This document shows positions 28,547 to 38,216 of a DNA stretch of 64,000 bases, piece by piece (positions within the stretch are counted from its first letter, which is position 1; each line of letters starts with the position of its first letter). Origin of the DNA: an uncultured Fimbriimonadales bacterium (GTDB lineage Bacteria > Armatimonadota > Fimbriimonadia > Fimbriimonadales > GBS-DC); contig CALKLF010000022.1 in the NCBI GenBank assembly GCA_937992175.1, positions 16,318-80,317 of the forward strand. Reading direction: 5' to 3'. Under the pieces are notes generated by a model. That model had not been told where the DNA came from and ran no database searches. It was given only the letters and a program-made list of their open reading frames with translations. The position numbers and the translations under genes were made by a program.

Positions 28547-29209
28547 ATGCGCTACACGGAGCGACTTTGGCACTCCATTACACCCATCTATGACGCGATT
28601 CTGCGGCATCCCTTCCTGAGGAGGCTAACGGACGGTAGCCTCTCACAGGGAGCGTTCGAGTTCTATGTGGTTCAGGATGCGCACTACCTGCGGTACTATG
28701 CGCAGTGTCTGAGCCTCGCTGCGTCGAAAGCGCCCCACGACGACTGGGTTGTGACCTTCAACGAGCATGCGAAAACCGCGATTCTGGTGGAGCGTTCCCT
28801 GCATGAGAGTTTTTTTGAGGAGTTCGGATTGACGCCGGAGCGGGTGTATGCGACGCCGCTTGCGCCGACCTGCGTGGCGTACACGCACTATCTGCTTGCC
28901 GTCTGCTACGCTCGCCCGTTCCACGAAATGCTGGGCGCGCTGTTGCCCTGCTACTGGATTTACTGGGAGGTCGGCAAGGAGTTAGAGAAGCACGGCTCGC
29001 CGAATCCGCTGTATCAGCGATGGATTGACACTTACGCCTCGGAGGCGTTCGGGAGCGTCGTGCGCGAGGTACTAACCATGACCGACGCTATCGCAGAGGA
29101 GCTTACGGACGCGCAACGCACGGCGATGCAGCACCATTTTGTGATGACCAGCCGCTACGAGTGGATGTTCTGGGATATGGGGTATCGACGGGAGGTGTGG
29201 CCTGTGTGA
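28547..29209 (+). CDS. tenA: thiaminase II / aminopyrimidine aminohydrolase (TenA family)
   Basis: 220 aa. TenA pattern HPFLRRLTDGSL...F.FYVVQDAHYL...CYWIYWEVG. Confidence 0.8.
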   Translation: MRYTERLWHSITPIYDAILRHPFLRRLTDGSLSQGAFEFYVVQDAHYLRYYAQCLSLAASKAPHDDWVVTFNEHAKTAILVERSLHESFFEEFGLTPERVYATPLAPTCVAYTHYLLAVCYARPFHEMLGALLPCYWIYWEVGKELEKHGSPNPLYQRWIDTYASEAFGSVVREVLTMTDAIAEELTDAQRTAMQHHFVMTSRYEWMFWDMGYRREVWPV

Positions 29210-29259
29210 AGGCAGGACAGAGCGCACAGGACGCGAATCGGGGGGGCTGGAGGAAGCTT

Positions 29260-31116
29260 ATGCGACTCGCGTACACAGTTCTGGGATGGATGTGGCTCCT
29301 TTTGGTTTTGCAAAGTGGATGGACGCAGACCGACGCGGCAGCACAGTCCTTGCCGAGCCTGGATCCGAAACAGATTCAGACACCGTTTGTGCCGGACGAA
29401 CTGATTGTGGGGTTGGATCCAGGGGGTGATACCCTGCCTCTGTTGGCGATGGAGATGGTCGGCAGTGTTGCCCAGCAGATCCCCGCAATTAACGCCTATC
29501 TCGTGAAGCTCGCTCCGGGGCTATCGATGCCGAGCGCGGGTGAGTTCCTCCGCGCGATGCCTGGCGTGCGCTATGTGGAGCCGAACTACAAAGTGTTCGC
29601 CTTCGCAACCCCGAACGACCCGTATTACAACCAGCAGTATGGGCTGACCCGAATCCAGGCACACTTAGCGTGGGATCTGTGGCAGCCCCAACGCACTGTC
29701 TACATCGCGATCATCGACAGTGGCATCGACTACACGCACCCTGATCTGACCAACAAAATCCGCCGCCACAGCAACGGTGCGATTTACGGCTACGACGCCT
29801 TCAATCTGATGGGCTGGTCGCAGGATTTTATGGACTATGCAGGGCATGGAACCCACTGCGCGGGGATTGCTGCCGCGGAGATTAATAACGGAATAGGAAT
29901 CGCCGGTGTGGCGTCGTGGAATCCGCTTGTCGCGAACTCGCATAGCTATGTCCAACTGATGCCTGTTAAGGTGCTGGATGAAGAAGGGGTGGGAACTGCC
30001 TCTACAGTAGCCAACGGCATCAGCTGGGCGGCAAGCAACGGCGCCCATATTCTTAGCATGAGCCTGGGAACTTTGGAGATGTCGACGGCGATCTCGGACG
30101 CTGTTAATTACGCGGCGTCGCTGGGCTGCGTGTTGGTGGCCGCGGCGGGCAATTTTGCCTCGAACGCGCCCACTTACCCTGCTTATTATTCGCCGTGCAT
30201 CGCGGTCGCTGCGACCGATGCGAACGATCAGCTCACCAGCTGGTCGCAGTACGGCTTCTGGATCGACATCGCTGCGCCAGGAGAGAACATTCTCTCCACG
30301 ATGATTGGCGGTTCGTACTATACGATGAGCGGTACTTCGATGGCATGTCCCCATGTATCGGGCGCGGCGGCAGTGCTGTGGTCATATAACCCCTACCTGA
30401 CCAGTCAGCAGGTGCGCGCCGCCCTGGAAACCCATGTAGACCCGTATACCCCGTATAACGGTCGCACGATTGGCAACGGCAAGGGACGCCTGAATGTCTA
30501 CCGCGCGCTGCAGGGTATCGGCGCAGGTTCGCCTCCCACTCTGAGCAGCCTGAGCCTCAACCCGACCACCGTACTCAGCGGGAACGCCAGTACGGGAACC
30601 GTGACGCTCACCGGGTCTGCCCCGTCAGGCGGCTTCGTGGTCAACCTGAGCAGCAACAATACCGCTGTTGCAACGGTTCCCAGCAATGTGACGGTACCTG
30701 CTGGTTCGATGACCACGAATTTTACCGTGTCGACTCAATCGGTCTCCAGCACGACCAGCGTGACGATTACTGCTTCTGCAGGCGGCGTAGTGCGTCAGGC
30801 GACTCTCACGGTGAATCCTGCATCCACAGGCGTCAAGCTGGACTCACTGACCATTCAGCCCACTTCAGTGGCGGGCGGTGGTACTGCGACGGGCACGATT
30901 CGCTTGACTGGACCTGCCCCGGCAGGCGGCGCGGTGGTGCAGCTGCGCAGTAGCTCCTCGCGTGCAAGCGTTCCCAGCAGCGTAACCGTCCCCGCGGGCG
31001 CGACCAGCGCAAACTTCATCATCAGAACCCGGAGTGCTCGCACCGTCGCCACGGTCACCATCACGGCGACTTACAACGGCGTCTCGCGCTCAGCGCAGCT
31101 AACCGTCGTGTATTAG
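29260..31116 (+). CDS. secreted S8 (subtilisin-family) serine peptidase with two C-terminal Ig-like repeats
   Basis: Start at ATG 29260 (signal MRLAYTVLGWMWLLLVL). Catalytic D (IAIIDSGID), H (GHGTHCAG) and S (SGTSMACPH). Two C-terminal repeats of about 90 aa (...TGTVTLTGSAPSGG... and ...TGTIRLTGPAPAGG...). Confidence 0.85.
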   Translation: MRLAYTVLGWMWLLLVLQSGWTQTDAAAQSLPSLDPKQIQTPFVPDELIVGLDPGGDTLPLLAMEMVGSVAQQIPAINAYLVKLAPGLSMPSAGEFLRAMPGVRYVEPNYKVFAFATPNDPYYNQQYGLTRIQAHLAWDLWQPQRTVYIAIIDSGIDYTHPDLTNKIRRHSNGAIYGYDAFNLMGWSQDFMDYAGHGTHCAGIAAAEINNGIGIAGVASWNPLVANSHSYVQLMPVKVLDEEGVGTASTVANGISWAASNGAHILSMSLGTLEMSTAISDAVNYAASLGCVLVAAAGNFASNAPTYPAYYSPCIAVAATDANDQLTSWSQYGFWIDIAAPGENILSTMIGGSYYTMSGTSMACPHVSGAAAVLWSYNPYLTSQQVRAALETHVDPYTPYNGRTIGNGKGRLNVYRALQGIGAGSPPTLSSLSLNPTTVLSGNASTGTVTLTGSAPSGGFVVNLSSNNTAVATVPSNVTVPAGSMTTNFTVSTQSVSSTTSVTITASAGGVVRQATLTVNPASTGVKLDSLTIQPTSVAGGGTATGTIRLTGPAPAGGAVVQLRSSSSRASVPSSVTVPAGATSANFIIRTRSARTVATVTITATYNGVSRSAQLTVVY

Positions 31117-31673
31117 GGCGCGCTCCATACTTTTTCAAGGGCGGTGTCTACTTGCAGGGCGCGTTCGCGCAGTTCGAACGCGCCCCATTTCAGCAGAACG
31201 CCCTCGTTCGCGAGGATTCGATCCTCGCGCGACTTCCAGAGGATGCGTCCCGCCTCTAAATGCACGTCGTTCGTTTTGGAGGTTGCGACCACTTTGCCCC
31301 ACGCTTCCACCTCCCGCGTGTCGGCGTCGGCGCGGGCATAGGGCGCGCGGAACTCCAGCACGGGCTTGCCATCGCGATAGAGCCAGCCATGCACCCGAAT
31401 CAGCGTGCCCTGCAACTTCTCGCTTGCCGACTCCGCCCTGAGCGACTGCGCCTGCAGTTTCCAAAGCGTGCGTCCCTGCTCGTCCTGCTGTTCGAGGGTG
31501 GGCTGAACCACCTCGTAGCGGGCGTCGGGCAGACTGACGGACGATTCCTCGCGCGGCGGCTCCGGGGGCGTCGGTGGAGCTTCACGAACGGACTGGCAAG
31601 CGGAGAGAAAGAGGAGAAAGAGATGAGAAACGATTGCGCCAAGTAGAATGTTTCGTCGGGACATGGTCTTCAT
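31113..31673 (-). CDS. LptC/OstA-like periplasmic lipoprotein (tentative)
   Basis: Start set at ATG 31673 (MKTMSRRNILLGAIVSHLFLLFLSAC, lipobox LSAC). Beta-rich body resembling LptC. The track ORF runs on to 32303 through repeat DNA. Its stop overlaps the S8 gene stop by 4 nt. Confidence 0.45.
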   Translation of the reverse strand: MKTMSRRNILLGAIVSHLFLLFLSACQSVREAPPTPPEPPREESSVSLPDARYEVVQPTLEQQDEQGRTLWKLQAQSLRAESASEKLQGTLIRVHGWLYRDGKPVLEFRAPYARADADTREVEAWGKVVATSKTNDVHLEAGRILWKSREDRILANEGVLLKWGAFELRERALQVDTALEKVWSAP

Positions 31674-31764
31674 CCATCGAGGCGTTAGGTTAGCTGAGGA
31701 CAAGCGCCTTAGATGAGAGCGCGGTTGCTTGCCCTCACCCCTACAGCGCGGGAGAGGGGAGCTG

Positions 31765-32002
31765 CTGATAAGGGTACGCTGCGTCGCCTCAACTTGGGGA
31801 GACGCGGCTGGAATTGTCCACGCTGTTTCAACCTCACCCCCCAACCTCCTCTCCGTCAACGGAAAGGGGGTATGCCCGCCCTGCACACGCTCGGCTCCCC
31901 CTCTCCGTTGACGGAGAGGGGGCTGGGGCGTGGGGGTAAGAAAGCGTGGGAAATCGCAAGCGCGTCTCCCCAAGTCGAGGCAACGCGATGTACCCTTGTC
32001 AG
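31765..32002. repeat. 238-bp MITE-like composite element (type B) with 36-bp imperfect terminal inverted repeats
   Basis: Left arm ctgataagggtacgctgcgtcgcctcaacttgggga (31765-31800). Right arm tccccaagtcgaggcaacgcgatgtacccttgtcag (31967-32002). 30/36 positions are complementary by hand alignment. The interior holds a type-A-like nested palindrome. Confidence 0.7.
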
Positions 32003-32105
32003 GGGGGGCAAGGGGGGTGAGGTCGGAAAAATCGGCGGCGTGCGCGGCGAGATGGCGCTCAGACACGGTATCCATATCAGGAGAGAAATCGAGGACGCGC
32101 TTGGC

Positions 32106-32176
32106 GCGACGGCATTCCTGCTGTCGCGCCCGAACCGAGGTACCAGTGCGCCACACGACAGCAGGAATGCCGTCGC
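32106..32176. repeat. pair of oppositely oriented type-C hairpins
   Basis: gcgacggca[ttcc]tgctgtcgc (32106-32127) and cgacagca[ggaa]tgccgtcg (32156-32175). Confidence 0.8.
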
Positions 32177-32308
32177 ACCAAGCGAACGATTTTGGGGGGT
32201 AGGCGCTTATTACTTCAAGCACCAACAGAGGATTCAGCGGCGGAAAGTCGCTGTTGTTCCGAGCGAAGCAAGGAATCTGAAAACGGGGGAGACGCGCTTG
32301 CACAGTTA

Positions 32309-33382
32309 TTACCTCGCCTGTAGCGCGAGCGGGATGGGCTTACCCCGATGCCTGCCACGCAGTTGCCCGCACGCGGCGTCGATGTCATGCCCGCGCTCCA
32401 CACGCAGTGTGACTTCGATGCCCGCCGCCTCCAGAATCGCACGAAATCGGCGCACCCGCTCCGCCTCAGGACGCTGAAACTCGTCGGGCGTGGGTACATA
32501 GTTGAACGGAATCAGGTTCACCAGGCAGGGCACGCCCTTGAGTTTCTTGGCGAGTTGCTCCGCGTGCCAAGGCGTGTCGTTGACCTCGCGCAGCAGCAGG
32601 TACTCGAAGGTGATGCGCCGTTTCGTTTTCTCGAAGTAGTCGCGCGCCGCCTGAAACAGGGTGTCCACCCCCCATTTACGGTTCACGGGCATAATGCGGG
32701 CGCGCGTTTCGTCATCGGGTGCATGGAGCGAAATCGCCAGCGTAATCGGCAGGTCGTACTCCGCGAAATCGTAGATTTTGGGCGCGATGCCGACGGTGGA
32801 GACGGTCATGCGTCGGTAGCTGATGCCCACCTCGTCATGCATCAGGCGCAGCGCGGCGACCACATTATCAAGATTCAGCAGCGGCTCGCCCATCCCCATC
32901 AGCACGACATGGCTGATGCGCCGCTCGCTGAGCCGTTGCAGGTGGAGCGGCTGATCCACTATCTCACCCGCTGTGAGGTTGCGCGTGTAGCCGCCCTGCG
33001 CCGTGGCGCAGAACCGACAGCCCATCGCACAACCCACCTGCGTCGAGAGGCACACCGATACCCGATCTTCGTAAGGCAACAGCACGCACTCCACCTCGTT
33101 GCCGTCCGCAAGGCGCAGCAGGCACTTGACCGTGCCATCTTTGGAGCGTTGCGTAAGGCTGATAGCGTTGGGGCTGACGACGGCGCATTCGCTCAGGCGC
33201 GCGCGCAGGGCAACGGGCAGGTCGGTCATCCTATGGAAGTCTGCCGCAGCTTTTTGGTAAATCCATTTCGCAAGTTGTGTGCCCCGATAGGTAGGCTCGC
33301 CCAGCGTCTCGCCCACCCACGCCCGCAACTGCGCTTCCGACAGCCCCATCAGAACCGTCCTCGTCTCCGCCGAACGCTCCAC
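32309..33382 (-). CDS. rlmN: 23S rRNA (adenine2503-C2)-methyltransferase / tRNA m2A37 methyltransferase RlmN
   Basis: 357 aa. Radical-SAM CAMGCRFCAT, GMGEPLLN and the C-terminal catalytic Cys region (DIDAACGQL). Confidence 0.9.
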   Translation of the reverse strand: MERSAETRTVLMGLSEAQLRAWVGETLGEPTYRGTQLAKWIYQKAAADFHRMTDLPVALRARLSECAVVSPNAISLTQRSKDGTVKCLLRLADGNEVECVLLPYEDRVSVCLSTQVGCAMGCRFCATAQGGYTRNLTAGEIVDQPLHLQRLSERRISHVVLMGMGEPLLNLDNVVAALRLMHDEVGISYRRMTVSTVGIAPKIYDFAEYDLPITLAISLHAPDDETRARIMPVNRKWGVDTLFQAARDYFEKTKRRITFEYLLLREVNDTPWHAEQLAKKLKGVPCLVNLIPFNYVPTPDEFQRPEAERVRRFRAILEAAGIEVTLRVERGHDIDAACGQLRGRHRGKPIPLALQAR

Positions 33383-33495
33383 GAAGTGAATTGTACCTGT
33401 TCCGACAGAAGCGTTTATCTGAGACAGGCGACCGGGTAAAGATACCCTGCGATATCGTGTGAGGTATACTTCCCCCGCAAAAACAGGAGGCAGCG

Positions 33496-34017
33496 ATGGC
33501 AGAGATCTTGGCGGCGCAACTGGTGCGCGACATCCCGAACTTTCCGGAGCCGGGGATTATCTTCAAAGACATTACCCCCGTGCTGAAACATCCGCAGGCG
33601 TTAAAGGAAGTAGTCGACATTATGACCGAGCATGCGCGGCAGCTCAAGCCTGATGTGATTGCAGGCATTGAGTCGCGCGGCTTCGTGTTCGGTTTGCCGA
33701 TAGCGATTAACCTCGGTCTGGGTTTTGTGCCTGTGCGCAAGCTGGGCAAGCTACCTGGCGACAAAATCAGTGAGGAGTACGCGCTGGAGTACGGCACGAA
33801 CACAGTGGAGATGCATACCGACGCCGTCGAACCCGGGCAGCGCGTCGTGGTGGTGGACGACCTGCTGGCGACGGGCGGCACGGCGAGCGCGGCAGCACGC
33901 CTCATCGAACGGCTCGGCGGTACCGTGGCGGGATTCGTCTTCCTCATCGAACTCACTTTCCTGGATGGGCGCAAACACCTGCGCGGCTATGATGTCTTTT
34001 CGCTGATCGAATACTGA
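33496..34017 (+). CDS. apt: adenine phosphoribosyltransferase
   Basis: 173 aa. FKDITPVL and the PRPP-binding loop [14 protein letters not shown]. Confidence 0.9.
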   Translation: MAEILAAQLVRDIPNFPEPGIIFKDITPVLKHPQALKEVVDIMTEHARQLKPDVIAGIESRGFVFGLPIAINLGLGFVPVRKLGKLPGDKISEEYALEYGTNTVEMHTDAVEPGQRVVVVDDLLATGGTASAAARLIERLGGTVAGFVFLIELTFLDGRKHLRGYDVFSLIEY

Positions 34018-34024
34018 AACGGCG

Positions 34025-35080
34025 ATGACGGTACGCGAACGGCTGGAACGGCTGGAATATAAAACCCTCGCGCCTTATGCAACCAAAAGCGCGGATTCGC
34101 GCGGGCGACCGATTCCCGAACCGCCCGACCCCGTGCGCACTGCCTTCCAGCGCGACCGCGACCGCGTTGTCCACAGTAAAGCCTTCCGACGCCTCAAACA
34201 TAAAACGCAGGTGTTCTTAGACCCTAACGAAGACCATTACCGCACGCGCCTGACGCACACTTTGGAAGTGGCGCAAATCGCCCGCACGATTAGCCGCGCC
34301 CTGCGTCTGAACGAAGACCTCACCGAGGCGATTGCGCTCGCCCACGACCTCGGACATCCCCCCTTCGGACACACCGGCGAAGAAGCGCTGGACGCGATTT
34401 TACGCCAGTACCTCCCCAATGCCCGATTCCGCCACTATGAGCAGAGCCTGCGCGTGGTGGACCGCATCGAGAAAGACGGCAAGGGGCTGAACCTCACCCA
34501 CGAGGTACGGGAGGGCATCGTGGGGCACTCCAAAGGGCGCGCCGACCTCACCGCGCACGAAACCCAGAAAACCGTGCATCTGGAGGCGGCGGTAGTGCGC
34601 ATCGCCGACCGAATCGCTTATCTCAATCACGACCTCGACGACGGATTCCGCTCAGGGCTGCTCAGCCCCACCGACCTGCCGCGCGACCTGATGGAGTTCC
34701 TCGGCGATACGCACAGTGGACGCATTGCCCGTATGGTGATGGATGTGGTGGAGCAGAGCGACGGCAAGCCCATCGTACAGATGAGCGAACCGATGCTGGA
34801 AGCGATGAACGCTATGAAGGAGTTTATGTTCGAGAACCTCTACCACCACCCCGATGTGCAGCGCGAGCGAGAGAAGATGACAAAAATCGTGCATCAGATG
34901 TTCGAGTATTATTTTGAGAACCCACACGAGATGTCCGAGAAGTTCCGCCCGAAAGAGGACACGGTGGAGGCGCGCGCGCAGTCCGTGTGCGACTATATTG
35001 CGGGAATGACCGACCGCTACGCGCTGTATAAGTATACGCAGCTCTTTTTACCGCGCAATTGGGGAGGAAGCGCGCCATGA
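34025..35080 (+). CDS. dGTPase-like deoxynucleoside triphosphate triphosphohydrolase (HD domain)
   Basis: 351 aa. RTRLTHTLEVAQI, HDLGHPPFGH and DRIAYLNHDLDD motifs. Confidence 0.85.
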   Translation: MTVRERLERLEYKTLAPYATKSADSRGRPIPEPPDPVRTAFQRDRDRVVHSKAFRRLKHKTQVFLDPNEDHYRTRLTHTLEVAQIARTISRALRLNEDLTEAIALAHDLGHPPFGHTGEEALDAILRQYLPNARFRHYEQSLRVVDRIEKDGKGLNLTHEVREGIVGHSKGRADLTAHETQKTVHLEAAVVRIADRIAYLNHDLDDGFRSGLLSPTDLPRDLMEFLGDTHSGRIARMVMDVVEQSDGKPIVQMSEPMLEAMNAMKEFMFENLYHHPDVQREREKMTKIVHQMFEYYFENPHEMSEKFRPKEDTVEARAQSVCDYIAGMTDRYALYKYTQLFLPRNWGGSAP

Positions 35081-35424
35081 GGCTCCGCTGCCGTCGTTGC
35101 AACACGCCGATTACGCTGGACGACTTCATCTACATCGCCTATCACGCGCACACGATGGGCGCGAATCGCGTGGAGGTGCATTTCCAATGCGGGCGGTGCG
35201 GACATCGCGCCGAGCGGATGCTGAGTCAGACCGCCTGGGACGAGCTGATTTTGAGTTATCTGGAGAACGACGAGCGCACGGTGGATGAGTGGATGACGAC
35301 GGAGCAGCTCGGCCCGATTACCGCCGACGAGATTCGGGCAATGCGCCGCGCCCTGCGCTCCGAGAATGTGTTGGAGAGCCTTCGCGCATGGGAACGCGCA
35401 CGGGATGAGGGGCAAGTGGAGTGA
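35077..35424 (+). CDS. zinc-ribbon hypothetical protein
   Basis: ATGA start/stop overlap with the upstream gene. GGGGAGGA RBS. CxxC...CxxC (CRRCNTP...CGRCGH). Confidence 0.5.
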   Translation: MRLRCRRCNTPITLDDFIYIAYHAHTMGANRVEVHFQCGRCGHRAERMLSQTAWDELILSYLENDERTVDEWMTTEQLGPITADEIRAMRRALRSENVLESLRAWERARDEGQVE

Positions 35425-35480
35425 GAATTGCCTAGTTGAGGTACTATAGAAGTATGGTATTTTACGATGTGAAGCGACGC

Positions 35481-35560
35481 AAGAGATTCCTCGCTTCACT
35501 CGGAATGACACAAGTTTTTCACAAAGACACTGTCATTCCGAGCAAAGCGAGGAATCTCTT
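35481..35560. repeat. 80-bp palindromic mini-element (type E)
   Basis: 30-bp arms aagagattcctcgcttcactcggaatgaca and tgtcattccgagcaaagcgaggaatctctt (28/30 complementary), with a 20-bp spacer. Lies between convergent genes. Confidence 0.85.
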
Positions 35561-35578
35561 GAATCAGTGAAGAAGGCT

Positions 35579-36688
35579 TTACTCAATCTCCCGAATCTGC
35601 ATCGGTGGCTCGGCGTTCAGCGATTCGCAGCCGTTCTCGGTGATGGCGTACACATTCTCGATGCGCACGCCGAACTTGCCCGGAATATAGATGCCTGGCT
35701 CGATCGTGAAGCAGTGCCCCACCTCCAGTGCGCCCTCGTAGGTCTGGGCAAGGTAGGGCGGTTCATGCACAGAGAGACCGATGCCGTGTCCCGTGCGGTG
35801 GATGAAGTAGTCGCCGTAGCCTGCTTTTTCGATGACGCGGCGGGCGGCGGCGTCCACCTCGCGGGCAGGGACGCCGGGCTTGGCGGTCTCGCAGGCGCGC
35901 ATATGCGCCTCGTACACGATTTCGTAAATCGCCTTCGCCTCGTCGGGGGCGCGCCCGACGCTCGCCACGCGCGTGATGTCGCTGCAGTAGCCCTGATACA
36001 CGCCGCCATAGTCAATCACCACCACATCGCCTTTCTGGAGCGTGCGGTGGCTGGTGGTGTGATGGGGCATCGCGCTCATTTCGCCCGACGCCACGAGCGG
36101 GATGCCGAACGCGAGCTTGGAGCCGGAATCGAACAGGGCGCGCTGGATGGCAATCGCCACCGCCCACTCGCTGTAGCCCGCCATGCAGCGTTCGAGTCCG
36201 GAGGCGAGCGCGTCGTCGGTCAGGCGCGCGGCTTCGCGCATGCAGCGCAACTCCTCGGCGTCTTTCACCGCGCGCACGCAGCCCATCAGCTCGCCCCCGC
36301 GCCGAAACAGCGCGGCGGGCAACGCTTCCTGAAGAGTTAGCAAGAACCCTGCGGGCATCTCGTCATCGACAGCAATTGTGGCGGTCTCTAGGTCGTAATC
36401 GCGCGTGCAGGCTTCCAGCGCGCGGGTCGGACCGTCCGAGTCGTGCCAGATATAGCGCGTCTGCCAGCCTGCTGGGTTCGTGGCAGTGCTTTCCGCGCTG
36501 AGCGCAGGCGCGAACCACACAGGATCCCCCTGCTGCGGCGTCAGGAGAAACATCAGTCGCTCCAGCGGTGGCTCCGAAAAGCCGCTCAGATACTGCATGT
36601 TCACCTGCGTCGATGCGAGGAACACATCGACGCCCTCGCGCAGCATCGCCTGCTGCAACTTGCCCACGCGATTCTGATAAATGCTCAT
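35579..36688 (-). CDS. M24 family Xaa-Pro aminopeptidase/dipeptidase
   Basis: 369 aa. Creatinase-like N-terminal domain and pita-bread metal ligands (VVIDYGGVYQGYCSDITR, HRTGHGIGLSVHE, FTIEPGIY). Confidence 0.85.
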   Translation of the reverse strand: MSIYQNRVGKLQQAMLREGVDVFLASTQVNMQYLSGFSEPPLERLMFLLTPQQGDPVWFAPALSAESTATNPAGWQTRYIWHDSDGPTRALEACTRDYDLETATIAVDDEMPAGFLLTLQEALPAALFRRGGELMGCVRAVKDAEELRCMREAARLTDDALASGLERCMAGYSEWAVAIAIQRALFDSGSKLAFGIPLVASGEMSAMPHHTTSHRTLQKGDVVVIDYGGVYQGYCSDITRVASVGRAPDEAKAIYEIVYEAHMRACETAKPGVPAREVDAAARRVIEKAGYGDYFIHRTGHGIGLSVHEPPYLAQTYEGALEVGHCFTIEPGIYIPGKFGVRIENVYAITENGCESLNAEPPMQIREIE

Positions 36689-36689
36689 T

Positions 36690-37370
36690 TCAGCCGCCTC
36701 CTACGCGGATCATTAGCCAGCTATCAAGCAGGTAGTAAACGCGCCCTATCAAGAGCGCCATACGCGCCATGACCGTGTTGCCGAAAATCGTGCCCAAGCC
36801 AATCATCAGGAACCAGCGCCCTACTAGCGCTGTGCGCTTGACCGCGCCGCGATGCTCAAACGAAAAGGTAAAGTAGGTCAGCACGGACAGCAGGATAATC
36901 ACGAATATCCAGTTATTGATGAGCGTAGAGAGATAAATTTCACCTGTAGCGTTCGGCGGATACCAGAGCACCTTGCTCAGTGCGCCCTGCAGCTGAGGAA
37001 GATAGCGCGACGAGAACGCCTGGAAAGTCAGTCCAGCATACGCCCCGATCAGCGAGCCGATTACCAGACGACTGACCCAGCCGTATTTCTCGTTGTAAAT
37101 GAAGTAGAGGTACATCCCAAAAGGTACCACGAACGCCAGCCACCAGATGCCATCGGCGCGGATTGGCTCCCACCAGTAGCGGTAAATCACATCCACCAGG
37201 TAGGGTCCCAGCGCATAGCCCGCTGCCAGTCCGATGTACATATGCTCAAAGAACCGATAAAACGGATTCTCGCGATACAGAATCGAGTAGATGGCGAAGG
37301 TACACAACGCGCCGATCCACACATTGATACGCTCGACGCTTAGCGGTAGAAACTCCTGAATCCAATCCAT
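36690..37370 (-). CDS. integral membrane protein, unknown family (cluster gene 5 of 5)
   Basis: 226 aa, about 6 hydrophobic helices, Trp/Tyr-rich, ends RVGGG. Its stop is 1 nt before the peptidase start. Confidence 0.6.
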   Translation of the reverse strand: MDWIQEFLPLSVERINVWIGALCTFAIYSILYRENPFYRFFEHMYIGLAAGYALGPYLVDVIYRYWWEPIRADGIWWLAFVVPFGMYLYFIYNEKYGWVSRLVIGSLIGAYAGLTFQAFSSRYLPQLQGALSKVLWYPPNATGEIYLSTLINNWIFVIILLSVLTYFTFSFEHRGAVKRTALVGRWFLMIGLGTIFGNTVMARMALLIGRVYYLLDSWLMIRVGGG

Positions 37371-37381
37371 TCGCTCGCCTC

Positions 37382-38206
37382 CTACGCCTGCGTGCGGCGT
37401 TGCATGAACATCGCGAAGTTACCCAGCAAAATAAATGTAATAATCAGCACATGAGAGAACTGGATGGCATTGATGAAGCGCGTGCCCAGTCCCACGATCC
37501 CCAGCAGCTGTTCGTACTCATACGCGCCCTTCGCGCCCGTAATCATGCCCAGAATCTGTTTCGAGTCCAGAAAAGTATACGCCTCTGCCGCCATCACGGA
37601 GGTAGGGCAGTAGATGATGTTCAGGTTTGCTGGGCGATAGGAAATCCATGCCGTGAGCGTATCACTGGGCGTAATGTCGACGACCAGTTTGTAGTCTTTG
37701 AGCGACTTGATACCCTGCATCACCTCGAGCTGCTGGATAGGCGCGCGGCGCACATCTTGACGAATCGCCTGCGCGATGTCCTCGCTCATGCCTTTGATGG
37801 CGAGAATAATGTCGGGCGAGTAGCCAAAGTGCGCCCAGTCTTTACCTTCCACATAGCCTGCCTCCGAGGTGAGGCGTCGGGCGAGGCGGTGCGAGATGTC
37901 GCGTGCGGGCGGCGAGAAAGAGATAATCGTGAAGCGCAATCGCTTACGCATCAGGTGGCGCAGCACCGCCTCAAACTGCGGCTGGTTCTCCGCCAGCGTG
38001 CCTGCGCTCCAGGTGGACGAGACCATGACCATATCGCCCGGCTGTAGCGCCTCGATGGTCTCGTAGAAGTTGCGCACGGCGGGGGGAACGTCGGGTTCGA
38101 TTGCCACGCGCGCCATCAGCGACGCCACGATGTTCACCGCTAGTATCAGGTACAAGATTCGACGGTCAATCGACATCATTCGGCTCCAGAGGGTGCGTTG
38201 CTCCAT
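37382..38206 (-). CDS. bitopic membrane protein with a soluble domain of about 190 aa, unknown family (cluster gene 4)
   Basis: 274 aa. N-terminal TM helix (ILYLILAVNIVASLMA) and C-terminal TM helix (HVLIITFILLGNFAMFM). No motif recognised. Confidence 0.6.
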   Translation of the reverse strand: MEQRTLWSRMMSIDRRILYLILAVNIVASLMARVAIEPDVPPAVRNFYETIEALQPGDMVMVSSTWSAGTLAENQPQFEAVLRHLMRKRLRFTIISFSPPARDISHRLARRLTSEAGYVEGKDWAHFGYSPDIILAIKGMSEDIAQAIRQDVRRAPIQQLEVMQGIKSLKDYKLVVDITPSDTLTAWISYRPANLNIIYCPTSVMAAEAYTFLDSKQILGMITGAKGAYEYEQLLGIVGLGTRFINAIQFSHVLIITFILLGNFAMFMQRRTQA

Positions 38207-38216
38207 AAGCGTCTCC

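Noticed and set aside
31674-32303. N-terminal 210-aa extension of the ORF 31113-32303
   Set aside because: The extension is composed entirely of repeat elements (type B/A/C). An internal ATG at 31673 gives a normal lipoprotein signal peptide.
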